This document shows positions 58,260 through 64,000 of a stretch of 64,000 nt of DNA, one piece after another (position 1 is the stretch's first letter; each line of letters opens with the position of its first letter). Below the pieces are notes generated by a model. It ran no database searches. It was not told where the DNA came from and saw only the letters and a list, made by a program, of their open reading frames with translations. The translations under genes and the position numbers were made by a program. Source of the stretch: Alphaproteobacteria bacterium. Its GTDB lineage: Bacteria > Pseudomonadota > Alphaproteobacteria > UBA2966. The stretch is from contig OZ219858.1 of assembly GCA_964291395.2 (NCBI GenBank), forward strand, positions 1,184,001 to 1,248,000, given 5' to 3'.

Positions 58260-59603
58260 TCAATGCATCCTTGCGCCCGGAGGGCAAAGTCGCTCCGCGG
58301 GATGCGCGAACCCGGTTTGAGCCATCTCTTCCAGCAGCATAGCGATGACGTGCTTTCGCCCCAAGCGCTGCGCCGAATCGGCCAGGATCTGCGTAAACAG
58401 ATTGCGCTGGGCGTGGCTGCCGCCGATCTGCCACAGGCTGTGCCGCGCCGGCAGCAGGTTTCCAAGCACCGCTTCATGGTCGCCGCGCTGGTGCGCGATG
58501 GCACCCTCCGCCGCCGGCAGGACCGCCGAGCGAACGCGGGCCGCGTTGTTGGTCTCGTCCGTGGACGCGTAGCCCCGCAGGGCCGTCAGGTAAGCTTCCA
58601 GGGCCGCGTCGCGGCCGGCCGCCGCCAAGGCGGTCGCGACATGGGCGCTGGAGAGCGGCGCGGCATGGTTGCCGATACGATCTTCGGCGAGATCGGCTAC
58701 CGCCTCCCAACGGTCGCCGACGTCGTACCCGTACATGTCGAGATGCTTCAACAGGTCGACGGCATTCTGAAAATCGCCGTAATGACCGGGATTGGCCCTG
58801 ATCAGCGGTGCCTCGGGATTGTGGACGTCGCGGTCGTAGATCTCCAGGACCGTGCCGAACTCACCCCGCAGCAGGTGGAACAGGCTGCGGTGCCACCACA
58901 AATGATGCACGAAGTTGTTGAGTTCCGCCCAATGGTCCTTGAGGCCATCGAGCCAGGCGATGCCGTCCTCGTGGCGTCCCTGCATCTCCATGACATGGGC
59001 GACCGCGTGCGCGCCCCAGCCGTTCGTGGGGTCGCGCTCCACCGCGTCACGCCCGTACCGTTCGGCGTCGGCGTAGAGGCCGTTCTCCTCGCAGCCGAAG
59101 GCGCGCATCGCCTGGAACGCGCTGAAACCGGGCACGTCGGTGGACCAGGCCGGTGCGCCGCGCTCGACGATATTGCGCATCCACACGGACTCGCCGATCC
59201 AGAACAACTCGAACTGGGCCAGGCGATGGGCTAGCAGGTCGCGAGGATTAGCCGCCAGGATCATCTCGTAATGGCTGACCGCATCCAGGGTGCGGCCGCG
59301 GATCAAGGCCGAGAGCGCCGCCAGGTAGCCCTTTTCCCGCTCGGTGGCGCCGCCGCTCGCCGCTTCCGCGGCATCCAATTCGGCTTGCGCTTCCCGATAG
59401 CGATGCGGCAGTCGGACGCCGACGATGAGCAGGCCCTTCATGACGCGTGCCAGAACGCAGCCGGGGTCCGCCTCCAGCGCCGCGTTCACGTGAGCCATGG
59501 TGTCCAACCTGTGACTGACGAGACTCGCGGCCGCGCGGCTCAACGCCTCGGCGGCGCCGGCGCTCGACGTCGTCAGTTCCAGGCCGCGGTCGTCGCGTTG
59601 CAC
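58260..59603 (-). CDS. TTC38-like tetratricopeptide repeat protein
   Basis: Motifs PRDLLA, AFGCEE, WGAHAVAHVMEM, HLWWH, IGGSHAQR. Confidence 0.88.
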   Translation of the reverse strand: MQRDDRGLELTTSSAGAAEALSRAAASLVSHRLDTMAHVNAALEADPGCVLARVMKGLLIVGVRLPHRYREAQAELDAAEAASGGATEREKGYLAALSALIRGRTLDAVSHYEMILAANPRDLLAHRLAQFELFWIGESVWMRNIVERGAPAWSTDVPGFSAFQAMRAFGCEENGLYADAERYGRDAVERDPTNGWGAHAVAHVMEMQGRHEDGIAWLDGLKDHWAELNNFVHHLWWHRSLFHLLRGEFGTVLEIYDRDVHNPEAPLIRANPGHYGDFQNAVDLLKHLDMYGYDVGDRWEAVADLAEDRIGNHAAPLSSAHVATALAAAGRDAALEAYLTALRGYASTDETNNAARVRSAVLPAAEGAIAHQRGDHEAVLGNLLPARHSLWQIGGSHAQRNLFTQILADSAQRLGRKHVIAMLLEEMAQTGFAHPAERLCPPGARMH

Positions 59604-59617
59604 GATTCTGGCTCGGA

Positions 59618-59730
59618 CTAGACGGCGAGTCCCGCCTCGGCGTCCTTGAACCGCCGCGCAACGAATTCCTGCCGCTCCATGCCGCGGTAGGCGTCACCCT
59701 CCAACATGGCCTCGGTCAGGCGCGCGTCCC
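59618..59730 (-). pseudogene. C-terminal tail remnant of a third Rieske oxygenase paralog
   Basis: LTEAMLEGDAYRGMERQEFVARRFKDAEA aligns with the tails of both intact Rieske proteins. Confidence 0.55.
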
Positions 59731-61146
59731 CTATTCCGCCGCCTCGAGATAGCCGCCGTCCAAGTCGTCGAAGCGAGCGCGGATGTGCTCCTCGCGGTTG
59801 GCGCTGGGGACGTCGTCGCCTTCCTGCATGATCGCGAAGACCTGCTGGCCCACGCGACGCATCAACTCCAGATCGTCCTTGCCCGGCTCCGGAGGCACGT
59901 TCATCACGGAATCCTGAGTGTAGGTATGGAGCCTGTTCCTCCCGCTCCCGTCGATCTCCAGCGATTCGTGCGGCGGCGTGTTCCCGCGGACGCATTCGCG
60001 CAGGAGCTTGCGGCACATGTAAACCCCGGCGTCAGCGGAACCCGGGTTCTCGTAATCGTGGATGGCGATGGCGCGCTGGCCGATCAGCGCCTCGTAGTCG
60101 CCGGGCGCGCGCTGGCCTTCCTCGTAAGTGCGATTGCCCACGACGCCGCCGAGAAAGTCGAGCTTTTCGTAACCGACCTCCTCTTCCTTTCCGAGGCGGA
60201 GCGGGTCGACCTCGTCGTTGAAGTGGCGCCAGCCGAGGACCAGCATGTTCTCGTCGTCGACGGGAACGTGCCAGCGCGTCCACACGGTTTGCGAACGCCG
60301 CGACGTCCGCGCCGAAGGAAACGTGCAGCCGATCTGCAGGTAATTCGGAAAGATGGTTTCGACGATGCGGACCCACACCGTCCGCTGGTCGGGATTGCGC
60401 CGGCTGGCGATGAAGCACATGCCGTTTCCGCCGCGGGTCTTCTCCCAATCGAGCGCCGGCTGCTCGGTGAAGCCCATGGGCGCCGCGTAGTCCATGCCTT
60501 CGATCTCGGAGGCGTTCACGCCCTCGACTGTCATCATCTGCGGGTTGTGCAGGGTGCCGACGTGGAGGTGGTCCATGATGTTCTCGTAGACCTGCAGCCA
60601 GTTGCAGGGGCTGAAGATCGACATGGGCAGAAGCTTGTTGCTGTCGGGCCGGTGATAGGTGTCGTACTCGGGGAATTCCGGCTTCTCCTCGGGTGGTCCC
60701 ATGTAGGCGAACACCAGCCCGTCGCGCTCGAACGCCGGATAGGACCCGTGATAGACGGTCTCGTAGATCCTGCTGTCCTCGGGCTCCGCCGGCATCTCAA
60801 GGATCGTGCCGTCGATGTCGTAGACCCAGCCGTGGTAGCAGCAGCGGATGCCCTTGGGCTGGATGATGCCGTACTCGAGCGACGTGCCCCGGTGGCTGCA
60901 ATGGCGCTGCAGGACGCCGACGCGGCCCGAGCGGTCGCGGAAGGCGACGAGGTCCTCGCTCATGATACGGATGGCGAGCGGAACGTCGGTGAGCTGTTCC
61001 GACATGCAGACCGGCTGCCAGTGCTTGCGCATGAGCTCACCCATCGGCGTACCCGGACCCGTGTGGGTAAGCTCCGGATCGTGCGCCGGTATCCCTGTTT
61101 TGTAGTAGGCGCCGTAAGGGATGTGGACGGGCCTGTCCTTACTCAT
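59731..61146 (-). CDS. Rieske non-heme iron oxygenase alpha subunit
   Basis: Motifs CSH...CCYH and ENIMDHLHVGTLH; start MSKDRP with GAGGA RBS. Confidence 0.9.
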   Translation of the reverse strand: MSKDRPVHIPYGAYYKTGIPAHDPELTHTGPGTPMGELMRKHWQPVCMSEQLTDVPLAIRIMSEDLVAFRDRSGRVGVLQRHCSHRGTSLEYGIIQPKGIRCCYHGWVYDIDGTILEMPAEPEDSRIYETVYHGSYPAFERDGLVFAYMGPPEEKPEFPEYDTYHRPDSNKLLPMSIFSPCNWLQVYENIMDHLHVGTLHNPQMMTVEGVNASEIEGMDYAAPMGFTEQPALDWEKTRGGNGMCFIASRRNPDQRTVWVRIVETIFPNYLQIGCTFPSARTSRRSQTVWTRWHVPVDDENMLVLGWRHFNDEVDPLRLGKEEEVGYEKLDFLGGVVGNRTYEEGQRAPGDYEALIGQRAIAIHDYENPGSADAGVYMCRKLLRECVRGNTPPHESLEIDGSGRNRLHTYTQDSVMNVPPEPGKDDLELMRRVGQQVFAIMQEGDDVPSANREEHIRARFDDLDGGYLEAAE

Positions 61147-61346
61147 GTCGATTCCTCTCGCAGAAGACCGATGGAGCGCGAGTGCAACGATTTCGCGAAG
61201 CCGGGTCGGACCTTCGGCCCCCGAGGGCCGCCGCAACCGTCTCGAGGAGGATGATATCCGCTCGGCAAGGGTCATGCCTAGCGTGTTTCCAGTTCGGTTG
61301 AAACCGCCGGAGGGCGACTCGGCGACGTCTCCGAATCCACCCCCTT

Positions 61347-61383
61347 ACTCCCTTCCCCTCGCGGGGGAGGGGCGGGCGGGAGT
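61347..61383. repeat. REP/RIME-like palindromic element
   Basis: ACTCCCTTCCCCTCGCGGGGGAGGGGCGGGCGGGAGT resembles alphaproteobacterial intergenic palindromes; single copy in the window. Confidence 0.55.
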
Positions 61384-61411
61384 GTGTTCGGACTGGTTCC
61401 GAGGGCAGTGC

Positions 61412-62665
61412 TTATGTGCCGCCGTAGCGGCCGCGGTATGCGGCGAGGGCGGTTTCGAAGCATTCGATCGGCGCTCGGACGACGCCGGCGCCGATCTGGC
61501 CGCCATCGCGCCCCGCGATGCCGATGTCCATGGTCGGCAGGATTCTCGTCTCGACGACGCGTACGATATCGATTCCGGTGGGCGTGCCGCGATAGCCGAG
61601 ATAGGGGATGTGATAGTCCGGGTTCTCGCCGACGGTGATCTCGTACATCTTGAGGTTCCGTTCGACCATCGCCTCGGCCGAGCCTCCTTGGTACCGCTGC
61701 AAGGGAAAGGCCGCGGCCTGGGCGAAGCCGCCGAGCCCGACGGTCTCGGCGATCGGGCTCTCGCCCCCCATCCACGCGATCTCGTCCTCCGTGTGTCCAT
61801 CGAACAGCTTCGCCTGGACGGTGGCGTGGGGCCCGGCAAACCAGGCGTTGCCGAGCCCGCTCACGCGGATGGCGAAGTTCCGGCAGTTGAAGGCCATGGC
61901 GGTCACGACGCTGGCGCCGTCGACGCCGGCGGCGGCATCGGCGGTGCACTTGGCGGCGGCCATGGAGAGGCGGAGGAAGAAATAGTGATCCTCCGTGAGC
62001 GCCTGCACCGTCCGCTCCACGGCCTCCCTGTCCGCGGAGTCCATGCGCAGCAGGTAGGGAAAGAGCTCGCGGGTGAAGAGCAGCGAGGTGGCGGTGTTCC
62101 GGCTGTGCAGCTCATCGCCCATGTGAAGCCCGCGCCGCATCAGCGGCTTCAGCGGTATGCCGCCGCTCATGCGGACGGCCTCGGCGATCACCGGCGCGAC
62201 CACGTCCTGCACGAACAGCAGACGCTCGCGCACGCCCTCGTCGTAGACGCCGTAGTTGAGGCGTCGTGGGTTGGTGCCCTCGTACATGTTGCAGTAGCCG
62301 GCGTTGCCGTGGGTGCTGTTCTGCACCACGAACACGGGCATGGAGGCGGTATAGATCCCGGCCAGCGAACCGACGCAGCCATGGTCGTGGCAGCCGTCGA
62401 CCTGGATCTCGCCGCCGGCGAGTTTGGCGTCGGCCTCCTCGCGGCTCGCCGCGAGGCCTTCGAAGAGCGCGCCGCCGATCACGGCATCCCGCTGCCCGCC
62501 CACGTAGTCTCCCCAGGCCATCGGAGGCCCGGACGTGAGGATGGTGCCGGCGGTCATGCCTGGGAGAACCTCTCCCGCGGGCCGGATATCCACCAGCACC
62601 GGGTCGGCGGCACACAGACGGTCAAAGGCTTCCCGGTTGGCGGCGGTTCGATCGATGTCGGCCAT
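61412..62665 (-). CDS. DUF1116 (YlbE/YahG, AllG-like) protein
   Basis: Motifs SGPP, CHDHGCVGSLAG, MGDELHSRN, GESPIAETVGLGG, GQIGAG. Confidence 0.88.
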   Translation of the reverse strand: MADIDRTAANREAFDRLCAADPVLVDIRPAGEVLPGMTAGTILTSGPPMAWGDYVGGQRDAVIGGALFEGLAASREEADAKLAGGEIQVDGCHDHGCVGSLAGIYTASMPVFVVQNSTHGNAGYCNMYEGTNPRRLNYGVYDEGVRERLLFVQDVVAPVIAEAVRMSGGIPLKPLMRRGLHMGDELHSRNTATSLLFTRELFPYLLRMDSADREAVERTVQALTEDHYFFLRLSMAAAKCTADAAAGVDGASVVTAMAFNCRNFAIRVSGLGNAWFAGPHATVQAKLFDGHTEDEIAWMGGESPIAETVGLGGFAQAAAFPLQRYQGGSAEAMVERNLKMYEITVGENPDYHIPYLGYRGTPTGIDIVRVVETRILPTMDIGIAGRDGGQIGAGVVRAPIECFETALAAYRGRYGGT

Positions 62666-62738
62666 GGGCCCTCGGCGTCGTGATCGGCAGGACGTTCGGA
62701 AGCACTCCCTTCGAAGTCTTGCTTGCGGAGACGACCGG

Positions 62739-63494
62739 TCAGGTGCGGGGTTCGTGCACCTCGGGATCGTAACCGGCGATTTCCACAAGGCGGTCCGCAT
62801 CCATGATCCGCAACACGCCGTCCCTGACCGTCAGGATGCCGTCCTCGCGCAACGCCCGAAGCGTGCGGTTGACGTGGACCGACGTCAGACCCAGCGCGTC
62901 TCCGATGTGCTCCTGCGTGAGGGGCAATCGGATCGCATGCCCGGCCCCGTCCGGCGACGTCAACCGGACCCGCAGGAACAGCTCGAGCAGGAGGTTGGCC
63001 ACGCGCTCCTGTGCGGTCCGGCGGCCGACGCTGGTGAGATGCTGGAAGGCGAAGTTCTGCTCGCGCGTCGCGATACAGGCCATGCGGAAGGACATGTCGG
63101 GTTTCTCGTGAAACAACTCTTCCAGCCCCTTGCGGGGAAAGGTGCAGACGCGAATGTCGGTGATCGCCCGCGCCGTGTAGGCGATTGGCCTATCGGGGTC
63201 GACCTGAAACCCCAGGAAGGCTCCGGGGAGGCAAAACTCCATGATCTGCCGGCGTCCATCCTCAAGCGTCTCGTAGAGCATCGCCCACCCCTCCAGGAGG
63301 GTGTAGACCCGGGGATTGACCTCTCCCTGGGCGAACAACTCGGCGCCGGCCGGGACAGCGCGCACACCGCTGCGGAACGACTCGACGACGGCCAGTTCAT
63401 CGATGTCGAGCGGGGCGCACACGGCCTGGTTGCGCACTCCGCATTGCGCACAGAAATCCCCGGGCTTCGTTCCCACCGTTCGCTGGCCAGCCAC
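62739..63494 (-). CDS. Crp/Fnr family regulator with FnrN-type cysteines
   Basis: N-terminal CAQCGVRNQAVC, central RVCTF; HTH motif LTQEHIGDALGLTSVHVNRTL. Confidence 0.9.
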   Translation of the reverse strand: MAGQRTVGTKPGDFCAQCGVRNQAVCAPLDIDELAVVESFRSGVRAVPAGAELFAQGEVNPRVYTLLEGWAMLYETLEDGRRQIMEFCLPGAFLGFQVDPDRPIAYTARAITDIRVCTFPRKGLEELFHEKPDMSFRMACIATREQNFAFQHLTSVGRRTAQERVANLLLELFLRVRLTSPDGAGHAIRLPLTQEHIGDALGLTSVHVNRTLRALREDGILTVRDGVLRIMDADRLVEIAGYDPEVHEPRT

Positions 63495-64000
63495 CTCGCC
63501 CTCCCGAGAGATTAGGCACGCCTAACCTACGGCAAGGTCGCGGGTCCCACAATCACCGGGAGCAGCGGAACCGAAGGCCTCATGCGGCCGCGCTCTTCCC
63601 GTCGAACCATCCCTTCCCGCATCCGGCTGCCGATGCCATCAGAACATGCCCGACGTCGATCTCTGGGCGAGGGTCAGCACGCCGGGCTGGGTCAACAACG
63701 CGCAGCATCAAGAGGTGATGAGCCGCGCATTGAAGGCGAGCGCCAATGAACGCTGAGCCGGCATCGAGAGGGGATCGGCCGACGTCGGAGGCGTCGAGCC
63801 GCGTCTGCGTCGCCGCAGCCGTCATGGTCTGTGCCGCGAGCCTGCCGGCCGCGGAGGGCCTGATGATCACGTTGAAGGCGGCGTTTGCCTGCAAGTGATC
63901 AGGCGTCGTTGGCGCCTCTCCCGCAGCCGCGGCGACGGGCCCGGCGCTTGGCCGCTTTCAAGGCCTTCCTGAGCTCCGGGAAATACCGGACCGGCTCCTC

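Noticed and set aside
63580-64000. ORF 63580-63894 and a possible gene end at 63899-64000
   Set aside because: No recognisable motifs, and the sequence is truncated by the window edge

Overview
GC-rich bacterial chromosomal window, most likely an alphaproteobacterium. This rests on the ispE-TPR-ETF:QO-udg-slt-moaB-PA0069 rSAM-rnhB synteny, an alpha-type GTTC-N7-GTTC LexA box and a CtrA-like TTAA-N7-TTAAC box. Layout: a beta-oxidation operon (0-8.6 kb); AidB-like ACAD, dimethylglycine-dehydrogenase-like and DmdA-like GcvT-family genes with a 20-bp tandem operator-like array (8.7-14.5 kb); a LIV-type ABC transporter (15.6-21.6 kb); a decayed accessory patch with a broken K+ channel, TA/IS/resolvase remnants and a tRNA-like RNA whose anticodon loop is replaced by a 42-nt hairpin (21.8-28.8 kb); a core housekeeping block ending in a disrupted rnhB (28.8-42.2 kb); and a catabolic region (42.2-64 kb). 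In that last region paralogous SDR and Rieske oxygenase genes flank a probable ~11-kb insert. The insert carries the best candidate for an undescribed system: TauR-like MocR regulator, internally deleted IlvD, MocD-like diiron oxygenase, non-canonical PanB homolog, MocE-like Rieske ferredoxin and a TRAP transporter. Several genes show clean internal deletions or 1-bp indels, and some of the indels may be sequencing errors. All family calls come from motif recognition by eye; no database searches were run.
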